Assembly: GCA_001244265.2 (NCBI GenBank)
Contig: CDLV01000020.1
Location: 186,001-250,000 of the forward strand
Direction of reading: 5' to 3'
Length of the DNA stretch: 64,000 nt
Source of the DNA: Microbotryum violaceum
Lineage: Eukaryota
Under the pieces are notes generated by a model. It had not been told where the DNA came from and did not search any database. It worked only from the letters and a program-made list of their open reading frames with translations. A program made the position numbers and the translations under genes. Within the stretch, counting starts at the first letter, position 1, and each line of letters opens with the position of its first letter. Below, piece by piece: positions 1 to 10,728 of this stretch.

Positions 1-1328
1 GACTTCTTCGTCGTCCGAGACGACAAAGTCATCAAGATCAGTGGCGCTGCCGTATCCTTGGCGTCGCTTTTTCTTGATCCTGACCCCACGCTGGATCTGT
101 CGACGCTTATTGTTGCCACTTCGGGCTGCGCATCCGGGACATCAACTCGAGAGGCTGTCAGTGGTCGACTAGGGGAGACGTGAGGAGCCTAGTGGCGCTC
201 GATTCTGAACTAACCCGAGACTTTGACCTCTTGCAGCCAAGCTTTGAGTTTCAGCGCGCTTGACCCACTGGTCGATCCCAGAACCTCGTTCGCTGCCTGG
301 GGAGCATACTTGACCGTCCAATTGTCCTTCCTATCGACGGTCGAAGCGCCCTCCCCGGGTCGCTCGAAATCGGCTTTGTTGGGAGATGCAGCCCGAAAGG
401 GTGCAGCGATTCGCACAAGGAGAGGATGCGTATGGCGTTTCGATACCAGCGAAGAAACTTCAGCAAGAGGGCGCTGTATGCGTTGAGGCAAGTTCACCGC
501 CCGGCCTTGTGAAAGTCTTTCGGCAAAGACGGAGGCGCCGAAAGCGTCAAAGTACGTTGAATCAGGCCCGTGATCAATGGCTTTGCCTTTGCCCGAGGAT
601 GATGACGACCATCGGGCTATCGAGCTGGGATCTCGACTGAACAACTGCCCAGATAGGTGGGTCGAACCAAGTTGGAAGGAATGACCTTGTTCCTCCGAGT
701 TGGGCCAACGCGCCTCGACGGGCTCAATGAACTTCCTCTGAAGTCGCTTTGCTTTGTACATTTCTCCCAGTGGCTGAAACGTGGACATCGCTGTCTGTGG
801 AGGAGAGTCGGGGATGACGAGTACGGGCACAGCACTCGCGGAAGCTGAGGGACTGCGCGAGAGTGCGCGCGGCATCGCAGTTGAACGGCCTGCACGGTCA
901 AAGATTGGCCTCGAAACTGCGGGTTTGCTGGTGTTGGAAGCAGTATACGTAGAGGCTGAACCCGACCCTTGCACTGCTACGATCACCACGTCGTCATCAT
1001 CGTCCTGGTGGTTGCCTCGAGCTGTCAACGCCTTGAAGCGCTCCTTATTGAGGGCCTTATTGGCCAGCTTGTCGCGTGGATTCTTGCTCGCCTTGACCAT
1101 GCTGGGGTGCTGGGCCACATTTGGTTGATGACTGGGCTGCAATGGCGGAGTTACAGGGGTCCCGATTGAGACTGGTGGAGGCTGAGCCTGAGCCTGAGCC
1201 TGAGCCGGATCGGCCGCTTTCTCTCCGCCTAGAGCAGCAACAGGTGGTGCAGCAGTTGAAGGTGGTCGTCGTTCGAACAGACTGTACATTTTGTGAGGCG
1301 GGGACCGAGACATCGCGGACGAGTCCAT
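1..1328 (-). CDS. Elg1/ATAD5-like RFC-type clamp-loader AAA+ subunit, N-terminal part (continues beyond window start; intron-containing)
   Basis: Low-complexity N-terminus from ATG 1328, then DNWTVKYAPQAANEVLG..ALKLKAWL (WTxKYxP..EVLG motif preceding the AAA domain of RFC-like large subunits); the next exon encodes KKKRRQGYGSATDLDDFVVSDDEE. Confidence 0.6.
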
Positions 1329-1654
1329 CGTCAACGGGCTGCAACGGCCTGCAGCAAGCCGACCCCGAGGGGAAGAGGGCACGATCAAGCGCGCCTCGAC
1401 GCGTCGAGCTACCAATACCAGTCGAGGCAGGGCGAGGACCAAAAAACGTGACGCGTTCAATACACCAAGCTCCGGTCCCATCCCTCAAATATTCAAGACG
1501 ACATGGTGCTGCTGACCATAAAGCGATGTCATTTTGACTAGGCGAACGATTGTTTGACCCCCTGATGTTCCGCCATGCCGACTTTCAGCTATGAGGCGCC
1601 GTTGCTAATACGAGCGCCGCAGAAAAAAGAAAAAGAAATGTGCGCCGCGCGAGA

Positions 1655-1658
1655 AAAA

Positions 1659-1691
<33 letters not shown>

Positions 1692-1696
1692 AAAAA
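1655..1696. repeat. A-tract/(TAA)n microsatellite
   Basis: A run, about 6 TAA units and a long poly-A are directly visible. Confidence 0.9.
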
Positions 1697-2210
1697 GTCC
1701 TCGACTCGGACGTTGCCCCTCGGGAGCAGTCGGGAGCTCTGAAGCTCCGAGTCGCCGAGTGGCTGAGAGATGACGAGTCTTCGTCTGCTTCGGTCCCCTT
1801 GAGTGCCCAGCCCCCCGAGATGGCTACGTTGGTGCCTGTTCCCACCCACCTTCAAGACGGCGGTCAGCATGCCCTAGGAACGATAATCGGCGACGAACTG
1901 CTGGACGGCTGGACGAAGAAGCCAAGACAGGCCTATTCGTAGAGATTCGAGTTCAAGGTTTCCAACCTAATGCTCTTGAGGTTGAGGAGGCGCGGCGGAA
2001 GTATTTGGTGGCTGTTCGATGGTCGGAAGAGAACCTTGCAATGTGACAGCTTTTCAAATCATACCCTATCGCTCGCTAGCTGGAATTGATGATCCAAGCT
2101 GGGCCTCGTCCGAGTGACAAAGTGACAGCCGCGCAGTGTCGCCGATGCGCCGATCGTCTCTGTCTCGCATTACAAATTAACGTCTATAGTTTCAATCCGA
2201 ACTCGCTAGT

Positions 2211-3619
2211 CTACAACGCATGGTTAGTCTCGTGGCCGCGGGGGACGAGAGGTTCGTTCTGAGCGTCGAGGGGAAAAAACCTCCGAAGGCGCGTTCGACA
2301 AGGCGGGGTAGCAAGGCGAGTGAGATCTTCTGGAGTTTCGGTCGAAGAGCTAGCGGTAGCAGGTTCCCTTGAGTCGGCAAGTAATTGCATCTGTTGCTCA
2401 ATCACCTGCCTTGGCTGTCGCTTCGGACCAAAGTTCGGTGGCGGAGGTAACGTTTTCTCCTGATCCCTCTTCGGATCCGAATCTCCTGAATTCTTTGCTT
2501 CCCCGCAAGGATGTCCTGAACTTGACGCCTCTCCGCACTTGATTCTGAAAGTCCCGACGATGGTGAATCATCCTCGCTCGCTTTGTCGTCATCATCGTCC
2601 CGGCAGATCAACATTTGCGCTCTTCCCCCAGTCTTCCTCTTCTTCTGCTTGCTTCCCACTTGCGAATCTTTGCACGCCCTTGCCCTTCCTGCTCTCCTCC
2701 TTACTAGCGGGCATCAAGTGCATCGCTCCGGCGGGGGAGGGGGCGTGCGAAGAGGATTTATCGAGCCCTAGCTGAGCGCTACTCAGCCGGCCACGCGCCG
2801 AGCGTGCCGCTGGTGTCAAGAGCCCACCCCCATTGCGATCATTCGCATGTACCGGAGATGATCGCGACGTCCTTGCGTCGCTCGAGGTCGATCGCCTAAA
2901 AGCCGGGTCGGGCAATGGCGCGGCGGGAGCTGGATGACGGGTGGTCGAGGCGCGACTCGACGACTGCAAAAAAGTTGAGCTCGATCCCTTGAGGATGTGG
3001 AAAGAGTCGAGCCGGATTTGAAGGGATTTGACCAGTCGTTAACGTAAGCCCAAGACATATTGTCCCGGATCTAGTCTACGAAAGCGAGAGCCGAGAGATC
3101 AGCAATGGGACACGGAACAAGGGACGGCAAACAGCCAACGTGAATCGACGAGACTGACCTGTTTCCTCTAGACCCAGGTTGTGAGAGTTGATCAGCTCCA
3201 GATTTGCTGCTGGACCTCGTTTCTCGGCCGCGACCCTAGCTTCCGTCTTGCCGAAAGCCATCGCGCGTTGTTCAATTGAGCGTAGATCGGCTCGGCGAGC
3301 TTCGATTTTGGCAGCCATGGCAGCGAATTGTTTTTCGTTTTCTGGAGCGTTACCACCATGCTCATCATTTCGAGCTGTTGAGCTGGAGTGAGTGAAGCTT
3401 GAGGTTGAGGTTGAGGCTGAGCGGGCGGTTGAGCAACGAGAAAAGGAGGGCGCGAGTGGGCTGGGAAGAGTCAGGCACGAGCCCCGACACGCGGTCGATA
3501 TGTTGTTGTACCGAAAAAGGTGCATCGCCAGCGGTTGCAGCGCCGAAAGAAGAAGCCGTATTGGAATTCAAGGCCAGGCTGAACAAATCGTCGGTCGAAC
3601 CAGATGGTGAGTTGCTCAT
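2211..3619 (-). pseudogene. Hypothetical intron-containing gene, apparently frameshifted
   Basis: MSNSPSGSTDDLFSL exon, splice-like signals, a coiled-coil-like exon (AKIEARRADLRSIEQR) and acidic segments in shifting frames; no domain recognised. Confidence 0.3.
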
Positions 3620-4519
3620 TTTCATCACGAGAGGCGAGGGGAAGAGAATGGCAGGAGGAAAAGAGGCAAATCCAGGCCGAACTCGAGGCGGTTGCCTGGG
3701 CGCTGGGTGCGGGAGGGTGCGGGCCTCAGGCCTCAGGGTCAAGCAGCGCTGCAGCAGTAACAGCAGCAGGCTCAGCTAGGTGGGTGCAGAAGAGCTGATG
3801 GCTACAAATGAGATTCAAGAGAGCTTTCTCTGTCCCCTGGATTGGAGGGAAGTCATGCCATGCCATGGGTCATGACGGACGACCTTGCGGCATGACTGTG
3901 CTGTGCTGTCATTTATTTTATTTTATTTCGCGCGAAACTCGTGTTAGCTCCGGCGCCTCATACTCAGCTGTTCTGCATCGAGCGGGTCGTCGGCGCTAAT
4001 TAACTAATTAGTGAGATCGGGGTGAGAATCACGTGACCCTTGAATTCATGATCAGCGCTGAGCGCTTGATTGCCAGACCTGTCCTAACAAACCTAGCGCC
4101 CATTTGGCATATAGGTCCTGCATGTTGCCATTCCACCCCACATCCCATCCCATACCAAGGTAAGATTTTCCCTTGATGCATGCACCTAGACCCATATTTC
4201 CTAATCCCTGAAGCTCGTTAGAGCTGAAGGTTTCGTTTCGAAAAATGGGGGGGTCCCAGGCTCGAAAATGGCGCAGTTCTAATATTTTATTGGACGAAAC
4301 GGCCGAATTACCCCGCACGCGCGTGGCTGTTTAAGTCCCACTAGGTTCGGCGAAGAACTGTGTGGGACCGGACCGGAACGCTCTCGCTCGAGCCTTCGTC
4401 GTTGCTGGCCTTCAGACCTCCGAGATGTCGTGCAACTATCAGTATTTTTGTTGTTGTCCATCTGTAGCAATGACAGTAAAGACTCACATTTAGTGTGCCA
4501 ATGACCCGGATTCTCAACC

Positions 4520-5560
4520 ATACGAAGTCAAGCAGCACCTCAACTTCCCCCCAGAAGTCAGCATTCCATCAAGCAAGGGTCGATGATTTGTGCAGGCGAT
4601 GACTTGGGAATAACGGGAAGGGATCTTGAGAAGACTTGTCCCTTGATGTTACAGCCCAAACGGTCAGTTAGTCATGCTGCCCTGCGCTTTGCTTTTGAAA
4701 GATTGGCACACACCTGCCAACACGACGGTCACTCCACTGAACCGAGCCGTGGAACAACGGGAAGGCATTGCTTCGGATTTCCTGTGATGTTACAGTCCAA
4801 CCGGTCATTAGTCATGCTGCCCTGCGCTTTGCTTTTGAAAGATGGGCACATACCTGCCAACGCGACGGTCACCCCACCGAACCGAGCCGTGGAATAACGG
4901 GAAGGCGTTGCTTCGGATTTCCTGTGATGTTACATTCCAACCGGTTAGTTAGTCATGGTGCCCTGCGCTTTGCTTTTGAAAGATTGGCACATACCTGCCA
5001 ACACGACGGTCACTCCACTGAACCGAGCCGTGGAACAACGGGAAGGCATTGCTTCGGATTTCCTGTGATGTTACAGTCCAACCGGTCATTAGTCATGCTG
5101 CCCTGCGCTTTGCTTTTGAAAGATGGGCACATACCTGCCAACGCGACGGTCACCCCACCGAACCGAGCCGTGGAATAACGGGAAGGCGTTGCTTCGGATT
5201 TCCTGTGATGTTACATTCCAACCGGTTAGTTAGTCATGGTGCCCTGCGCTTTGCTTTTGAAAGATTGGCACATACCTGCCAACACGACGGTCACTCCACC
5301 GAACCGAGCCGTTGAGGGTGACGGGAAGGCATTGCTTCGGATCCCCTGTGATGTTACAGTCCAACCGGTCAGTTAAGCATGCTGCCCTGCGTTTTGCTTC
5401 TGAAAGATTGGCACACACCTGCCATCGCGACGGTCACTCCACCGAACCGAGCCGTCGAGGATTTGCCACGGGATCTGTACTGCATGCTGCACAATTTCTT
5501 GAGAAAACTTGTTCCGTATTCGTTGCAGAGCTTCCACGACGACCGCTTCGGATGTCGCGA
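4520..5560 (-). mobile_element. Helitron PIF1-type helicase relic
   Basis: Spliced minus strand reads (EAV..ALQRIRN)..ARFGGVTVVLAG|DPKQCLPV..LPVIPKSSPAQIIDPCL..DFWGEVEVL, matching the PIF1/Helitron helicase pattern FGG..VV..GD..Q.LPV....IV.A.L..S.LW. Confidence 0.8.
4607..5455. repeat. Tandem array of six ~140-144 bp units with a 281-bp higher-order period
   Basis: Unit starts at about 4607, 4751, 4891, 5032, 5172 and 5313; units 2+3 are near-identical to units 4+5. Confidence 0.95.
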
Positions 5561-6817
5561 GCTCGAGGTGGCGATGGGATGAGGTGCGATGGGTAAGGTG
5601 TGAAGAGCAGGGAGGGAAAAAGATGGAGAAGCCTGCGCCTCAGTTTAAACCGGACTCATAGAATGTCGCGGAAGGCCGTGGAACGCCGTGGAGTGAAGTC
5701 CCTTAACGGTGAAATTAGCGCACTGGCCAAAGCTACCCGAGGTCTGGAACTGCTTCAAGTAGACGAACGAATGTCAGGATTGGAGGTGAAGAACTGCGGG
5801 CCCGTTGCACTTGCCATGCGACACTGAGACTGCCTGCTGCCGTTGCAGGTTGAATTGACGAACCAGTTTGCGCGACGTCGTCTTGATCGGTTTCGCGCTG
5901 CTGCTTCTCGCGAAGGCGTCGTTGCCGCTGAGCTTCAACGATTGTTTGAGGTTGCTGGCAGCGGCGTCTGTGCGATTAGAGCGGGAGTCGGGAGGAGTCG
6001 GAATGTGCGGAGGAGGAACGCGAGCAGCTGCCGACGTCTCTGCTGCCCCGCTGCTCTCCGTGAAGATTGTTGTACAGGAGACGGGACGTGAGAGCTTGCA
6101 GATGACTCTTCGGCAGTGGCAGAACTGGATGGCTGAAGGGACTACACTACGATGTGGCAGGCACGCAAAACCGGTCGTCTGGGAAGCAGAGGATCATGTG
6201 CCAGGTTGCTTTGATGGGAATGGAACCTCGACGAACGTTGGAACCTCGGCGAACGTAGAGGAAACGGGCTGTCACTGGCCGACCCCTGCTGAAACCGCGC
6301 TAGCTAGCTGGGCCAGGGGGACGCGCTGGACCGAGAGCTGCTGATGACGTCACGCCACGTGGTTTGTCTTTTGTTCTAGAAGATTCTTTGTCTCCCGTTC
6401 TCTGACGTTTACCCTTAACTAGTAAAAAATAAGTGTGGGTTAAGGAATGTACTTAAAATCGCTGTTTTTAACTAGGTTGCGGCCCTCCGGGCCGCCTGTG
6501 GTGGATGTACCAGCATACTGTTGTGTCTGCCGCACCTGCCTGTGGTGTCCATGTTCCGATCAGAAGTCATGTACAAGCGCTGTGGTGACTTTTGTATTTT
6601 CCGCGCCGTTCCAACGAAGCTACAGCGCTCCCAGTATTTTCCTTCTTTTTTTCGCTCACATAAAACAATGCTTCCACTCATATTGCATTTAATGAACCGC
6701 AAGCGCGTGGCTTTGCATGATATTGCTTCTACAGCAGAGCTCTGCCTGACGTGCGAGGCGAGGGCTGGCGTTTGTCACGTGATGCGGTGCGCCGGCGGTG
6801 GAGTGTCATTCCGGCAG

Positions 6818-6896
6818 TCGACCAGCGGCATTAGGGGCTGAGCGCTGAACAACCAATTTGCCCGTATGGCATTCGACCAGCGGCATTAGGGGCTGA
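6818..6896. repeat. 24-bp direct repeat
   Basis: TCGACCAGCGGCATTAGGGGCTGA at 6818-6841 and 6873-6896. Confidence 0.9.
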
Positions 6897-7349
6897 ACAA
6901 CAATTCAAACCAGGTAAATGATCCTGCGCCACTCCCTCGAACCTTTCCTTTCTCCCTCCCACTCTCATCCAATTTAGTGACACTCATTCAAGAACAAACC
7001 TTCGCTACTATGCCCCGGTCCCAAGGTCGCCAGGGAGGGCCATCGCAACCTCGCCAACGAGGATAGCGCCGTACCATGGGCCGTACCATGGGCCAGCTCG
7101 AGCGCCCGCTGCTGGGCGCCCCGCGGCTCGACCCTCCTCTTCGTCCCGCTCCGATCAACAGAATCAGCCCCCCGGCGCGTCATGACAACAATTCAACCGA
7201 TCTTGGCATTGCGACACGTATACGAGCCCGCCGTGCAGCTGTGCAGAACGGACAGCGTGGTCAGCGCGATGGCCAACTCGACGCTGGGCTCGCCCCACCA
7301 ACCACCTCCGCAAAGGCGAGTGCGCCGGGCTCGAATCGCGCTCAAACCC

Positions 7350-8800
7350 CTCAAGCCCCACGTTTTCGCAGGGCAAGGTGCAGCTACCTCCCCCTCCCCA
7401 GCCCAATCTCGAGTATCGGCAGCTTCTTCAAGGCTCGGATAGCGGTCAGTTGCTCCGTCCAACAACATTCGTCTGCAGTAGACCCACATGCTGAACTGTT
7501 CTACCCACCCACACAGAAGCTAAAGCATTCCGCGAGAATGCCCGGTCTTACAACAACGCGTTGTCCTTTACTTCGCTCGCTGCCTACTGCTGGGACCAAA
7601 CCCAAGTGGGCACTCTAGGACCTCCCGTGTTTCGCGTGTTCGGCCGCCTCTATCATTGACTCGGTGCCCTGATCCCTGCCGTGAATCAACGCCCAGCCTT
7701 TGCCCAGACATGGCTGATCGACCCGGCCGAGGCCACCAACACACGACTTCAAGGACCCGACAGCACGGAGACTCACATACAAAGTTCAACGCTGACCAAG
7801 CTAGAGTCCATGTTGCGCACTGGCAATCGCTTTGTGAGGGAGTTCGCATCGGCCAAAGCCCGCGCGGGTTGGGATACAGCCAAAGAGTGGGTCCTACCAG
7901 GCCGAGACCGACGCACCCACAACCTTCCTACGTCAAGCACGGAAATGGCGATGCTTATCTGCGATTCCGACACCAACACCGGAGATCGTGGACCGCAAGA
8001 CCTTATTCTCCAGGTGCACGGTGATCGATGTCCCGATGGTTGGCCCAAGTACCAAACCGTTAGCTCGCTCCATCCGTCTGCGATGCCTCTCCGGTACCCA
8101 CTACTCTTCCCCGCGGGGGAAGATGGCTTCCACCCCAACATTCCTCTTTGCGGTTCGATCGAGTTGGGCCACTCTTCGCCAAAAGACAGCAACAAAGAAG
8201 GTGAGGACGAGGAGGAAGGGGACAAAAAGAACGGTGATGGTGAACATAAGCATCTTTGGCTCCTCCTCGGGTGTTCCCATTCTGTTAAGGCGCGAGCACA
8301 GACTGATATTGAATGTTTGAACACCTACGACGAAGGTCAAGTAAAGGGGGTCAAGGTGGTGAGTCTCGCGTTCACAAATCCTTTGCGTTCTACTTGCACA
8401 AACGCGACAAGCCCGCATGGCACTCGACGTCCCTTCCCGGCGTTCGTGATCGAAAGATACTCCCAGGCTGAGGCCGATCGACTCAACTACATCCAGTTGC
8501 ATTAAGAAAACCTACGCCTCACCACGACCCAAAGCATCAACGGACTAACCCCGGACCAAATTGGACGCTCGATGACTTTGGGCTCGATGTTCAAGAATAG
8601 ACCGCGCGACATCATGCAGCGATACCAGGATGCGATGGCGTGCGTTGTCAAACATGGAAAGCCTCCGCTGCTCATCACGATGACGTGCGTTCCTCACTGG
8701 GGCCGAACGACAAAGCATGCAACCGTCCGGATCTCATTGCACGAGTGTTTGAAGCCAAGTCTGGCAGCAAGCGACATGCAGGCTGTTTTGGCGATGAATG
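7350..8800 (+). mobile_element. Degenerate Helitron RepHel transposase (N-terminal Helitron-like domain through Rep motif 1)
   Basis: QGKVQLPPLP; FRENARSYNNALSFTSL..GPPVFRVFGRLYH*LGALIP..PAFAQ; HNLPT..EMAMLI; LHPSAMPLRYPLLFPAGEDGF; MQRYQDAMA..HGKPPLLITMTC; RPDLIARVF. In-frame TGA at 7657-7659 plus further disruptions. Confidence 0.9.
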
Positions 8801-9123
8801 TAGGATGAATGGATTTTGTTTCTTCTTCGTATTGGGGTTTTTAACCTGAAATCGCGTAGACTGTACAATTATCCTGCTATTTGAATTTCATCCTCCTGTT
8901 AATTTAACGGGTTCCCACTGGTCTTTGAAGTTCTTTAGCCACACAGTTCTATTTAGTAGTTTAGAAGATAGGAGAGCCCAATTTCAGCGCCGGCTGATGC
9001 GAACAATGCTCCCCCGGATAGGAGGACCCCGGCTAAGCGCGCCGATCATTACATACTGCCTTGTGCTGACTTGGACCGAGTCTCCTCACATCTCTAAGAC
9101 AGGCTATCACACAACCGCAGTCA

Positions 9124-10265
9124 TGTCATTGCTTTCTGATCTGGTACACCTCCGCACCATCAAGGTCAGCCCACTGTAGTGCACAATGCTCGAATTTGGG
9201 CAACGTGTAAAGCCTCGCGTCCACCACTAGCGACAGCCGATCCTCCCGCCGCACCGATCAAGCACAGTATGTGTATTCCGATCCGCTCTTACGCAACAGT
9301 CCAGTGTCAGCACTCGATGATGTGGTTGTCAAAGGCAGTCTTGGGCAGCTCGTGTGCAGCAGCATCAACTTCCGCACGGACCTCCTGACGGAGCTTTTTC
9401 GCCGGGCGCACCACGTGCAGTGGAAGGATACTCCAGGAGGAACCCGCTTGCGAAAGAGCTATCCCTACAAGCGCTTTGGTCGTGCGATCCCAACTGTAAT
9501 GCTTGTTCAAATGGGTATGTTTTCAGAAGGCAACAAGCGGCGAGTCCCGTGACTCGGCCACGTCGTCATTGCATCTTCGACCATAGAGCATACGCATCAA
9601 AACCTGCCAGCAGGCTGAAGTTGACGTGCTTCGAGCCTGACTGAACGAGGAAGTCCAGACGAATCGCGAGAACGTCTCAGCGACTGACTCTAAACAAACG
9701 CTGCACAGACGTCCACCGCTGCATCCCAAACCCGCACAAGAAGATCCCGGTGAAGTGACATCGCATTTTGCGCCAGCATCCGATCAGTTCAAGACCGAGA
9801 AGCGTTCTGAATGGAATGCTTACTTCACCGACGCTCGTTCCCGTCTCTTCTGCTGCCTGGTGTGTTCCGAGAGAGTCTTCGGGCATAACGTACGATGGGT
9901 GCCTGAAGACGATATCAAGCGTGAGGGATCAGGGATTTGGAGATTAACCAACTCTACACTACGGACGGACCTCCGACTTAGAATTTTTCAGCGTGCCGGG
10001 GAGCACTCATCCATCCTCGACGTCGCCATCGACCGAGCGATTTAATCGCTCAGATCGCGCAGTCTCGCCCATGAACAGCACGCTTCAGTGCTCACTCTGT
10101 CCAGACTACTTCAAACGGTTGTTCCCTACCACAGGGCCACCGACTAAGCCCCCTCGGTCGTTGAGCAACGGATTTTATCCCGCACTGGATAGACGCCGGA
10201 ATCTCGAGTTGATTGTGCTGCTCCGAGTGATTGCTCTCGACCGTGGCGTTCAAAGTGCAGACTAA
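9124..10265 (+). pseudogene. Intron-containing relic with CxxC..CxxC..PP.SL.NG motif, possibly a Helitron2/Helentron-type transposase N-terminus (DUF6570-like)
   Basis: Exons FCCLVCSERVFG and CSLCPDYFKRL..KPPRSLSNGFYP; GT/AG signals present; lies next to Helitron relics. Confidence 0.35.
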
Positions 10266-10728
10266 CCTTTGACTGATGCGGAGCTTCAGACTCAGGTTTG
10301 ACAATGACGGCGCCGTGCGCGCGGTCCCTTCCAATGCGAAAGGGGGCAATTGTCTCGCAAAGACTCCTGTTCTGCCGGACAAGGCGCGGGGTAGCGCGGG
10401 GTCGGTCTCTGGCAGACTGGCGCACTTCGAGCTGCTTGGGTAAGTATGCCTTCCCTTCCTGCTTCGCATTACTCACCTCCTCCCTTCGGCTTCCACGTGG
10501 GCATCGTTCCACTTCGGTATAGTGCCTGGCTAGCTTATTCTTCGGGAGACCGGGTTCCAAGCGAATCCTCTCGATACTCGGCTGTCTCGAGAATCGGCCC
10601 GTGCGGCCCTTTGCGACAAGGGACCGTGCATCGCGCGAATTGCCTCATTCGTTGTCTCTCATCAGGCCAACATCCAATCCTTCACGTTCCAACCCAACTG
10701 CACCTCAATTGCGACTACATTCGGCACG

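Larger units (their letters stand above)
1586..3970. mobile_element. Putative degenerate TIR-bounded element enclosing a disrupted unknown gene
   Basis: 1590-1614 TATGAGGCGCCGTTGCTAATACGAG matches the reverse complement of 3938-3962 at 22/25; both are followed internally by CGCGCGA and an A-rich tract; no TSD seen. Confidence 0.4.

Noticed and set aside
4607-5455. CRISPR-like array, or repeat-encoded plus-strand ORFs (4583-5596)
   Set aside because: Units repeat in full with no unique spacers, the context is eukaryotic, and the array is explained as a minus-strand helicase fragment.
4052-6848. Possible TIR pair TCAGCGCTGAGCGC / GGGCTGAGCGCTGA
   Set aside because: Short, partly self-palindromic, imperfect and without a TSD.
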